Shown here piece by piece: positions 12,901-24,491 of a stretch of DNA of 51,988 nucleotides. The stretch is from the NCBI RefSeq assembly GCF_026571515.1, contig NW_026859662.1, positions 62,001 through 113,988 of the forward strand. The letters run 5' to 3'. A program made the position numbers and the translations under genes. This DNA comes from Ruditapes philippinarum. Its lineage: Eukaryota. The first letter of the stretch is position 1, and the number at the start of each line of letters is the position of its first letter. Under the pieces are notes generated by a model, which was not told the origin of the DNA, did not search any database, and saw only the letters and a program-made list of their open reading frames with translations.

Positions 12901-14000
12901 CTCTTCTTTTATCAAGCCTTAAATGTTTCATAGATCTTACAATAATTTTTTGTTTTAACAGTTCTTTATTACAGGAAAAAGAGAGAATTTTATTATAATA
13001 AATATTCATAGATAAAAAAACCCAAAGCAACATAGCCGTCATATATTTCTTTGTAATATCTATTTTTTTAAAGATATTTATAACTCTAATGACACGATCC
13101 CCTCCTCAGAAAGGAGGAACATTGACAATTGGTGTGAAGAAGTATATCCTGAAGGTTGTAGAGCAAACGTACTTAATGTGTATACAGGTAAAAATATCAG
13201 TTTTACAGCAATATGATTAACAATTTCAATAAAAAGTCAGAGTAAGAAATTATTATCATAAGATGTTCAAGAAGGCAAATACCTTTTTCTTACTTCAATG
13301 ATTTTTCCATAACTTTTAGTTATTATCATATTAGTTATACGTAAGATTATTTCAAGGTTATATGGCGCTACATAAACAGTTGTTTGCATATATAATTCAT
13401 TAAATTGCGAATAAAAACAACGTTTATATACAACCATATAACCTCTCGGGGTTCTTTATCATAAATTTCTAATACAACAAACTTCTTTTTTAGAGAAAAT
13501 GAGAGATTTTATCGTATATTGACAGTAGTCGTATATATAAAACTATATAAATATCACGCTTGTCCACTTAAAAGCGACGTTACAAACGTGCAGTATTATA
13601 ATTATCCATATAAAGTACGTTTTCAACGACTAATGCAAGAAAGAGACGATATCATTATGTCTCAGTTTCAAATTACTATACATCGTTTAGTTAGTGAATA
13701 AGAAGTTAAAGTGTTTTATTCAATTTTTTTTATGAAAAATAATAGTAACTTCGGTTTGAGTTTTTTCTTTTTTTTGACAGGAGCCTCCAATGTGCCTAGG
13801 TAAGATTTGGAGATATTCTGGACACGGAGAAATACAAGCCCTACTCGGGGGAAGGTAGTACAATTGTTGGGACTATCTGGCCAGTAGTCCTTCGGCACAA
13901 AGGAGGCCCAGTCATGAGTAGGGGTATAGTGGATGTGATGTACGGTCAAATAGCCGAAACAAAATCAGTTACTATACAGAAATACAAACATGATAAATAA
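9937..14000 (+). CDS. Mieap-domain protein, array gene 3; extra intron and frameshift in last exon (possible pseudogene, null allele or assembly error)
   Basis: join(9937-10185,10848-10978,11637-11832,12387-12512,12724-12831,13074-13187,13781-14000). Motifs YRAIYDNEYQTAYEEL, LLKDYRR, YLMCIQ|EPPMCL. The homologous tail GDILDTEKYKPYSGEG..IWPVVLRHKGGPVMSRGIV lies in the +1 frame from 13809; the unshifted frame stops at TAG 13856-13858. Confidence 0.8.
10405..10770. mobile_element. Probable non-autonomous DNA transposon remnant (Crypton-like) in gene 3 intron 1
   Basis: Imperfect hairpin ATGCGTCTTTGTTCATTAACATCTGC...GCAGATGTAAATGTACGAACATGGTGCAT and locally raised GC; superfamily guessed from the hairpin style. 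Confidence 0.4.
11811..12175 (+). repeat. Tandem duplication (~185 bp x2) spanning the gene 3 exon 3 donor
   Basis: TATCTTGGCAAAGTAACATGGGTATGT...AAACTTGAAAGACGATATTGTA is repeated as TATCTTTGCAAAGTAGCATGGGCAGTAACATGGGTATGT...AAACTTCAAGTACGATATCGTA. Confidence 0.75.
12176..12318 (-). mobile_element. Truncated SINE, 3' part (probably molluscan V-SINE/RUDI-like)
   Basis: ACACAATTTAGGTCATATAGC...AAGACCTCAGGTGCCC...CATTATTTCA..GGGCACCTGAATAGAACCACCG resembles a common clam SINE as recalled; contains an internal inverted repeat CAGGTGCCC/GGGCACCTG. Confidence 0.55.
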
Positions 14001-16608
14001 AAATGAATATAAATCGAATATTATTCATTATGAATTTTCAAAGATGAAAACATGAATTGGATGTTTATGCGGAATGATTGGTCATAGGTTCATAATGCGT
14101 GTACACTGCTAAAATCATATGTCACTCGGGCCTGATAAATTTCTTAAAACAATTTTCTCAATATAGAAACCGACTGTTCGTCTGGATTTTATTGTCGTTG
14201 AACTTTTTTGTTTTTCATTCTCACATATATTATAATATGTATAAAGAAATATTAAAAGTGAGAAATCTTTTATAAAGCTGAGTGTATGTGAATGTGCATC
14301 CATGTTTTGTTTAAGAATATTATTTATTCATAGCTAACATTCTTTTGTAGAACTTGTGTGTATGTCTTTGTTAAGATATGTCCAGTTTTGATTTGCATTT
14401 GTTTCACTGGTTAAGATTTTTTTTTATAAAACACAATTATATTATGCACCAAATAATTGTGAAATATAAACAAAACTACTAGATGTTGTTATATATGCGT
14501 TCAAATTCGTACAATCCTAATTATTTTTATATGTACACACTTCGCCGCTTTAGTGATATTATTGGTAAAACATTTGCAATGCCAGGAGAAATACCAATAA
14601 ATCAACAGTTGTTTACCAGTCTGAGATATGTTTATAAACTGACCGAAATTAGCATATTGTAAATGAAATCTATGCTAAAAACATGCCCTATTTAGCTTTA
14701 TTTTTACATCCTAAATAATCTAGTTTCCACATCATACAAAGCGAATATCGTATATATGGTATTTTTTATCGTAGTTTTATTTTGTACTATTGTTCTTAAT
14801 CTTGTTATATCATCATGAAAACAAAGACATGCACTATTAATAATATACTTTACTTAATTTATTTGGAAGATACTCGCATTGTTCATTCATGTTACAAGAT
14901 TCGTACAAGATAGACACGACCAGGGTTATTAAATATAATAAAATGCCTGAAATATTAAGATAGTGTGACCGTCAGCAAACTAATTGATAGGTTTCTGGAC
15001 AACAATCAAGTTATCAACCATCAATCTTCTGATGAAACAAATGTTCATGACCGTGTCATACCTAATAATTTTATCAAATTCTAAAATATAAAATTATAGT
15101 TTTTATATTCGCTTTTAGTTTCGCATATACAGTTAAATACATGTATACATGTTAATGTTTTAACAAGACAAGGGATATAACCTTCTCTAACCAGGGTAAT
15201 TGAAATTTGACCCTTTGTAATTCCTTTTCAATATGTCTTTTATTTTCAAAATAGTTTACAATTGTTATTGTTTTTCAAACAGATTTTTAACTTCGATATA
15301 TAGAGGAACTTTTAAAATACTTAATCAACAATGACAATTTGAATGATAGCGTTGTAGTTAAACAATGTCAAATACTACAATCGATATACACGGGTCATAA
15401 GATTCTATTCATTTTTACAAAGCGTAAAACTAAAGGCATTGAAAATCATCAATGCTTTAAACAACTGCCAATCTATTTAGTGCGTGCATTAACACTAAAT
15501 TAAGGTATGTTTATGGGAATATATTTATTTGTAGCGAAAGTTGTATCGAATGGAAATTGACATATTATTGAGTTGCCAATTTTGGATACACAGTTTTGAG
15601 TCATTTGCTCATATTTTTTTCACTTCTTCATAAAACAAGTTGAGGACACAAGGTGAGTATTTAAAAATATTCATTTGCTTTAGTTATCTAATAACAACTT
15701 CTTTCAGAAAAACATTGAAAATATTCATATTTTTATTTAACTCAAATTATAGTTACGGAAAGTACATTTGTAAACAATACTTTAAAAAGCTTAACTTGAA
15801 ATAAAATAACATTAATAAAGAATATGAAATGTCTGTAATGCATTTAATAATTGAACATTTTTTTATGTTATTTGATTTAAACTCATATAAGTCGTTTGTT
15901 TATTTATTTGTTTGATATGCAAATATTGCTATAGATTCAGACTGTAGCTATAAACTCGCAACACTACAGCAAATATGTTTTTAATAAGACAATAAACATG
16001 AATTTTAAGTTAAATTAAGATACCTAGTTGTACATTGAATGTTTGACTGGTATATGGATATTAAGCCAAATTGTCAAATACATTTTATTACAATTTGATA
16101 TCTTTCCAAACATATATTATGAATGTACACGTATCAATGCAATTTAAACTCTAATGGGACATCACCGTAACAATGTAACAAATACCACCAACTGAAAAAT
16201 ATGTATACTTTATAAAACATGTATTTTTGTCTTATTTTTAAATATCATGATGTGAAATTTTATTTCCCCCTTTTTTTAAAATAATTTTTAAAGTTTTTTA
16301 TCTATTATAGAGAAGAACAATTTTGGGTATAGTTTTGAACACTAAGCGTTAATTAATTAAATGATGATTATCACATATTACAAATTCGCTTCAATGCAAT
16401 CGTACATTTCTTTAACTTTGTCACAATTATTTGCTTGTTTTACTTGTATCATATTTGTCTACCCTTTCTAAAATATAAAGATAAAGATGTTAACAATTAT
16501 AAATTGAATACTATATTAATCTGCCAAACATTCTACATAAAGAAGATTTTTTTGTCTCCCAACTGTTATCAATTATTCAATAATTTCCGATTTTTAGACG
16601 TAGCCAAA

Positions 16609-19600
16609 ATGCCCTACATACCGCCGGTAACGAGTCCCAACATTGAGAAGTTGATGACGTATTTGAACAAGTCTCAGTGGCATAATGTGTCGGCACATTT
16701 CGCTAGCTATGTACGTAAAGAATATGAAAGTTTCATGGAGAAGCTAGATGATGATGAAGAGGTCTTCCGTAATCTTAGGCTTATGATTGAATATTCAGAA
16801 ATGGGCAGGTTTAGTGAGGCGAAGAATCTTATTGATCGTAGCTTTAACAAAGACACTCAAACATATGATTTCGGCACACTCGCCTAAGTCTTAACCAGAG
16901 CTGAATCATCGATAAGGTATTAATTTTACCTAAACAAGCGGTTTATTAACACATTATCAATATGAGGGTGGGCGTTGAAATTTTTTATCATAGGAATTAT
17001 TATAGTAGCACAAATCAGCTGCGGGTGCTGCGTAAACATTAACAAAGGCTTTATGTAAGAGGAGTTTGCTGTTATGACTCGTACATTTTCCCATTGATTG
17101 ATAAAAAATAGAAATGATTTCACATTAATTTGCAGCAAGCCCGGTGTAAATGTAAAGATGTACTGTAAACCATCATGATTCTCAAATAAGTATCAACGTT
17201 ACAAACGGGCAGAGTTATAATTATTTTGAAGAAAAAAAATAATGAAGCGATTATAGAAGGTCAATGGTCTGATACATGACTGTTTATTCAAATCATTGAC
17301 ATTTGAATTACTGAACGTTTGTAATGTTTATAAAGTTAATATACAAGGCTGCTGTCCATTATTTTCTTCAAATGAAAAAAAACCAAAATGCTGTATTAAA
17401 GAATTAGTTTTAAAAATTTTGGCATGGTATGTGGTAGAGTATAACCGGCTGCAAGCCTATATGATTCCTGCCGCTATTTATACTTGACCATATAAGCTGT
17501 CAAACGTCTTTTAAACTAATGATATGTGAAGTAATGTACGAGGTGATAACATATATGTCTTTTTGGAAGTATGATGTTCTTTAGTTTACATATATACATA
17601 CACTTTTTGTCGTGTCACTTACATTCACTCACAAATTGTTTCAGTTCTAAAGAAAATAAAAAAAGAATTTTCATTCCTACCTACCTATTTCTATGAAATG
17701 GAGACATCCCTGTCACATTCCAGTAACTTTGATGCCATATTTATACGAGCCTTTTTTCTTTAATTTAACTCATAATCAAAATGAATGACATTAATGTTGT
17801 GTTCTGTAATTCATGTCAGTTAAATAATATCACACACTGTTATTGAGACAGATTTCCCCAAGACGACCGCCGCATAGACCAGTTGAACATCAAGATCATT
17901 ATAACCGACGTGATGCATATACCCCTGATAGACGAGATCTAGCTACTCCACCAAAACGTTCTACAAACCCACGTGAAGATCATACTCGTGGCAACCCAGG
18001 ATATGAAACACCTAAAAGACATGAGGTAATTTGAAATTTGTCCGGGGCCAGCAAAATCAATTCTTAACTAGTCTGTCAATTCATTAGCTTAAATGTCTTC
18101 AAATTACTTTCACGATATGTGCAGATTCTAATATCTCTTGGTATATTTGATATCAGGAAGTCACCCATCTTGAATACGGAAATCACGTGACTCTTAATTC
18201 AGTGTCTTACCGTGTTTTTTTTTCCTCAACACGAAAGCTTCATATTCGCCGTATGTCCTATGCTGAGTAGTTATAGCACACACAGGCACAAATGAACATT
18301 GTTAAATATTGTTTGTTGCACACAAGAAAGATTCAATCATAACCTAGATATAGCTGAGATATTTCTTAGATATTTATCACATACCTTCTTGTAATATGTA
18401 ACGGACGTGTTTTAATGTTACATTTCTTTTTTATATCTTGAGACAAATTACAGAGTAGAAATTCGGTTTGAATGATAAAGATATGAATGATGTATTTTAA
18501 TATAGGAAATACACGACAGACATCCAAGAACACCTCAATATCAACATGATCAAGGTCCTCAATATGATATACATAGGGTGAGTCATAAATAAGGTCACTT
18601 GATAAGTTATTTTATTAATAAGATAAATTACGCGTACCTTTTCATAATTTTCATTCCGTATTTGTATTTTTCTTTCGTTTTAGAATAGCGTAACTTTTAT
18701 GCATCATTTTACATTATAAAGTAAAAGCACTATACCGAATTTGTGTTCATTCATTCATAATTTTTCAGGTCATATTTCTTTCACTCGAATCGGCCCTTAA
18801 TTTGCCTTGTCCGTTTTCATATCTTCAACATTTTGTGAAGCACATACTGGCCCGTTTTATTATAAGCTGTCCAAGTGTATTCTCATTAAAATGTAAGTAT
18901 CTTTTAATAGAAAAATACTTTTAAATACTAAATTTAAATTTTAAATGTTTTAAATTTTTTATCTAAGATATTGATATCTTTCTTACCATAGCAAAATTAT
19001 GAAAATCTCCGACTAAAGACACCTGAGCAACCAATGAAATACGACTCGACGGGAAATGATTCACATGACGTACATGGCAGCCGACCCAACAGTCATCGTG
19101 CAGACAGGCAAACACCACCTGTGTCTGGAGTTCTCACTAGCGCATCCCAGATGACGTCATCAAAGGCACTCTGGGGTCGTGATTTTGGGGACAAACCAAG
19201 CGAAAAAGTTGGGTCCAGTACATACAGGCAGGATTTCCCAACGTATGCTTTAGACCATCATGAACGTAAAGACAAGGAAAGATATAGAGAAAACTTCGGT
19301 TCGTTAGCTGAAAGAGATATTTATCGCCGAGATAGCGATGATGGTTCAATCCAGGGAGATCAGAGGTAGGTATTACGTCAGTATTTACAGATATAATTGA
19401 TTTTCAAAAACACTTTTTTCAAATGTTGTTTCCATTTCTTCCTAACGCTTTTAATCTTGATATATTAATTTTCTATTGTTCGAAATCACATAACTTGCGA
19501 TATATCAATGAAAATCATTTTCAACACAGAAAAATTTCATCACATTGTTTCGTTTACGGATGCAAAATGTGATTTTTTAAAAAAAATGTTTCATGACGTT

Positions 19601-22577
19601 TGATTTTTCTTAAGAAGATCGGCACAACATGCACGCCATATTGAAACACCAGATCACGATAACAGACCTGTTGAATTAGGTAAACGGTTCAGAGAACTAT
19701 ACACTCATGAATGGACAGATGCCTATGATGAAATATGTAAGGACTTTGGTTCCGAGAAAACCGTGCGACATCTTCTTTGGATTGTAACCGTACGTTTCAG
19801 TCTAATATTCATATGTAATAACTTATCTTATATTTGATATAATATAGTCTTATATTTGATTTAAAAAAAGTTTGTAAAATGAATTCAATTTATAATGTTC
19901 GTAAATTTAAATATTTACAAAGTTAAATAGTTTTAATATTTTATATATGTGACAAACATTGTAAATCGTTCTTAATTACCAAAAATAAGTTTTTGTTATT
20001 AAGATAATAATAAAAAAACAAGATAAATTTATACACTCTCAATCGTTTATAGATATAATAAATATCATTTTAAATCAAGCTATATTGAATATCATAAACA
20101 CGTTCAATATTTTTATACTTAGATTTATTTGTTTTTTTATTATCAATTATTAATCACATGTACAAAGCAAATTTTAATATTAACATTATTTTCGCCAATG
20201 TCGAAACATATTACATATAATATCAAACCTGGCGGTATTTGCAGGAATGCTCATTGATAGCAAATGATGTCGCTGATCATCAGCTCAGAATTTTAGAGAA
20301 AAAAGCATTTGGTGTAATGACAACCCCCGGTGATGTCGAAGTAATTCTTGCACTGCATGATTTCAAGTCCCTTCACTGATTGGAATATTATCCATTACCC
20401 ACACACCTTTTAAGATAGATGATTTGAATAGCAACTATATACTCTGTAAAACAGAACTTTCAATTTCCCTATTTCTTTAAATTTCTTGTGTTCTTTTCTG
20501 ATTGGTAACCTGGCGAATTATCCGTTGACAATTCGCTATTTTTTAAACAATTCTAGCGACTTTCTATTGAAATTTCGGTCCATAAGTTAATTGCCTTTTG
20601 ATAATAAGAACACATGATACCAAAAGGGTACATGTCAAATAAATTATGTATTGTAGCAAAAAGATAATAAAACATACAAATTGGATAATAACTTCAATTT
20701 TTTTAATGTGTGGGTGATGATACTGTTCTATTCAATGAATATACTTTGTAAAATCCTAGGTTTATAATATATTAGATGGCATAGTGAAATGTGCGTTTTG
20801 TTACAGGAAGCATGGTTGATATCCGGAGATGTTGCCGATAAACAGCTTAAAGACCTTGAAAAAACTGCAATACGTTTAATGAAAACTCCAAATAAAGAAA
20901 TCTTAGTGACGACCCCTACACCTACACCAACTCCTTCTTCATCTTCCTATCCTACACCTACGCCTGATAATGTAATACTTGAAATAAGCTTAATCAGAAC
21001 CGCTTGTTAGTATCACGTCGATTGTGTTGTTTCAATAAATTCCTTATGTTTCATGTAGGCAAGCTTGTTAGTAACACTTCGTTCATGTTGACTCAAGAAG
21101 TTCCAGGCAAACCAGGTGCCAAACTGATAATGAACTTTCTCTAATTATCAAAATGGTAGAAAACTGATACTTGATTCAACATGACTAGCCATATTAATTT
21201 GAAAGATCTCGGTAAATGTCTTTCAAGGAAGTAATAAATGAATAAATGCGACATGGTATTTTGAATCCATTTTGATTCTGTAAGAAGCTGTTTATCGAGG
21301 TTGCATCACCGCTATCTTATTTATTCCGTTTAACACATTACTAACATAATCATATCCACCTTATAACACAAGGTAATTTTCATGAAATTAATTCATTTTT
21401 AATACAATTATACTTACAATTACTTCTTGTGATTACTGCAAATATAAGTAGATAATGCTTAATCATTTTTATTTTCAAAATTTTTATCGTGCATAGCTGA
21501 AAAACAACAGATTTTTCTTCTTTTCCATTTTAGAAAGACTTCGTAGTAAAAACATGTCAAATATTTTAGTAGCAATTATTCAATGGCAATATCATTCAGT
21601 ATTTAGCTTTTATCTTGTTTTTATTATAATTGTAACTTTTCTTTTTGTATAAAATAATTTCATTTGTATTTAATAATCTTACAAAGCTTTCCTTGATGAA
21701 GTAAAATATGTGCTGTATTAAGTATTTTTGTTTAGTATATAAATCCTAAAAATTACCATTAAAGTAGTCTACACATCGAATACTAAATACTCAATTTACT
21801 GAGTCTGTTTAGATCATAATTATTTTTATAATTTTTAATTTATAAAGCATGGTAGTTTTATTCCCCGTCAACTTGGAGACACTCTCCCAGCTTCAAGGAC
21901 GCTTCTACTGAAGTACAGGAAGCAAACAGCTGTGTTGTCAATACCGTATGTTAAAGAGGTAAAAATGTTAGACAAAATTGATAAAAAATATACATTTTTT
22001 TTTAAATTTTACCTTATGTCTGAAAATAATGTCGTCTTTTAATTGAAGTATTTAGAAATGGGAACACCAATGTCAGTTTAAGCTATCTATATACTAGCAT
22101 TGGTCTATGAAACAATATTTGTCAAACTTAATTCTTCTAGTGAATTACATGCAGGTTAATTATTGTTTTAATGACTTATATACTTCAAATGAAGAGATTT
22201 AACAAAATATATGAATATTTTTATACTGTTTTTGAAAGTTTATATGAGAATATGTATTGTTATTTTAGGAATGTCGAGAAAAGATCAGTAAAACATTAAT
22301 TGAATCATCTGGATTTCCCAAGTCCTATCTCAGCGATGCATCACGTTTAACTGCTTACATTAACAAATGTGCTGAACTGACGTGGTTAATGTCTGTCCAG
22401 GATCCTCCTATTGTCCTAGAATACATCACCAAGGAAACCGAGGGAGCTCGATTCAACGCTGAACATTACCATGTGTACACGAAACCTGGCAACACTTACG
22501 ACTATGGAGTCTGGCCAATGCTTAGACAGGGCAAGAAAGGACCAATTATAGCCAAAGGAATAGCTCAAGGGATATAA
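16609..22577 (+). CDS. Mieap-domain protein, array gene 4, long disordered linker; first coding exon has in-frame stop
   Basis: Putative exon 1 16609-~16916 (MPYIPP...; TAA at 16885), then 17852-18025, 18506-18577, 18992-19365, 19615-19789 (RPVELGKRFRELYTHEWTDAYDEI), 20245-20340 and/or 20807-20971, 21848-21958 (LLLKYRK), 22269-22577 (YINKCAELTWLMSVQDPP...YHVYTKPG...VWPML...KGIAQGI*). The frame is intact from 17852 onward; the exon 1-2 junction is unresolved. Confidence 0.78.
20245..20340 (+). CDS. Gene 4 duplicated exon A (candidate mutually exclusive exon)
   Basis: ttgcag|GAA...GAA|gtaatt, 96 nt, phase 0/0; ECSLIANDVADHQLRILEKKAFGVMTTPGDVE. Confidence 0.75.
20807..20971 (+). CDS. Gene 4 duplicated exon B (candidate mutually exclusive exon) with T/P/S tail
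   Basis: ttacag|GAA...AAT|gtaata, 165 nt, phase 0/0; EAWLISGDVADKQLKDLEKTAIRLMKTPNKEILVTTPTPTPTPSSSSYPTPTPDN. Confidence 0.75.
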
Positions 22578-24491
22578 CTCGTTCATACTGATAGAATCAT
22601 AGTAGTAATTACTATCTAAATCCATACGGAATTATTGTCTCGTGGACGGTTTACTCTCTGAATTTAAAGATGCACTAGATTAATTTTGCAGCCTGAAAAC
22701 AGTGTATGTTTTCTATTTTAACACTTTAATAATTTTCAGCCAAGTAAAGCAGGAAGCATTATGGGAGAAAACAGTTATTTTTTCATACAAGTGTCTGACT
22801 TTCTTTTGACATGTGCATGTTTGATTGTTTGCAATAGGCCTTTTAGAACTTTAGTAGTTTATACTTAGTGTTCCTATCATTTCGATAAATTTGGAATAAG
22901 AGAAAATTTGAATGTGTTTTATTTTTTTTTATCAAGATACGTTTACCTATTTAATGTAAAAAAGAACTATGTCATTTGACATTCAACAAAAGATAACTGC
23001 ACATTGCCTGTGAATGATAGAAGTAGGTATGTGAACATTATAAAATTATAATTGTTTTTCTATCTTTATTACTATATTATATTTACATTGTACAGTATGC
23101 TATTCTTAATCTGTTATTGTGATACACAAATACCTATATATTTGAAAGTCTGTGATATTTATTTTGTAAATGACTGTGTGAATGAAATAAAACATGAAAA
23201 AACATTTCCATTTTATCGATAGTGTCTTTGCTTTTTTTTGTTATTGATCTTTGTTCGTCTAGGAATTAAGAGGAATAGCGACCCTTATATAAAAATTTAT
23301 AGACATCCAATATGTTATTAGATATTTTTCAATATATTTTCATTGCGTAGTACGTTATTTAGTACACAATTTTTGTCCAATGGCAAATATAGTAAAATAA
23401 GAAATGTTGAATAAAACGGTCTAATTTAAAGAGATACTTTATAGAAATATTCGTTAAGAGATACTGAAAAGAAATATGCGGATGGAAGATTTTATGTAAC
23501 ATACTCCCGGATAAATATATGATAATGTCATAGGAAACAATAACATGACATTCAAATGGAGGGATTTACTCGATTCAATAATAATAAATATCTTAACTGA
23601 ACTATTTGTTCACAATATGTAACCCAATGTAAACATCTTGGTAATCATTAACATTTCTGCCCAATCTTGGGCGTTTTCCTGCAGTCTGCATTTTCTCATC
23701 TGTTTTGGGACTTATTTTTGAATCTCAGTTTTTGAATTGACATCGTGTAGATCGCTGACTTTTAGTCTAACACATGATATCTAAATGTCTCTTGAGCTTA
23801 TGTAGCAGGTGTTGGGGAGAGGGGTTTAAATGGCAGGATGGGTGAACAAGAGAAACAAATGACTCGTACGGTTAACAGCTACAGATAATGATTCAAAACT
23901 TGTACATAATTTAAAAAAATTAATGCCTTTATATTTAGTGTCTTTACAAACAATTAACCTTTCCATTTGTTTCACGTATGCCTATTTCACGTATAGTTTA
24001 TTACACTGAACGAATTTTTATATATATACTATAATGTAAGTTGATCACTAGATTGTCAAACATACAAGTATAAATCATCTCCCACAGGCTGAAGAAGCAA
24101 CAATTCTGATGCCACGTCATGGATTTTAATAAAAAAAAATACCCTCTACATTGGGTTAACTTCACAAAATTAAACAGCCATTTTATTTCATGATCACGTG
24201 ATTATACATTCAATCCGAATTATACACGCGTTATTTCACTCGTCTATTGACAAAGAACAAAGGAAAGAAATCGACTAATCAATATCACATGGTCTGTTAA
24301 TTATATTTTGATTGAACAAAATGGTTGAAAAATGACAATACATTGTACAAGCAATGTCGCTGTTTATTCTGAAATTACTGTTAAATATATTGGACTAGAT
24401 CTATCTCATGTTTTAGTTGCTTTAATTATGTGTTAAGAACATTTGATTTAAACATTTGGAAGACTTTGGTAGACAAAGAAGAGAAGTAAAC

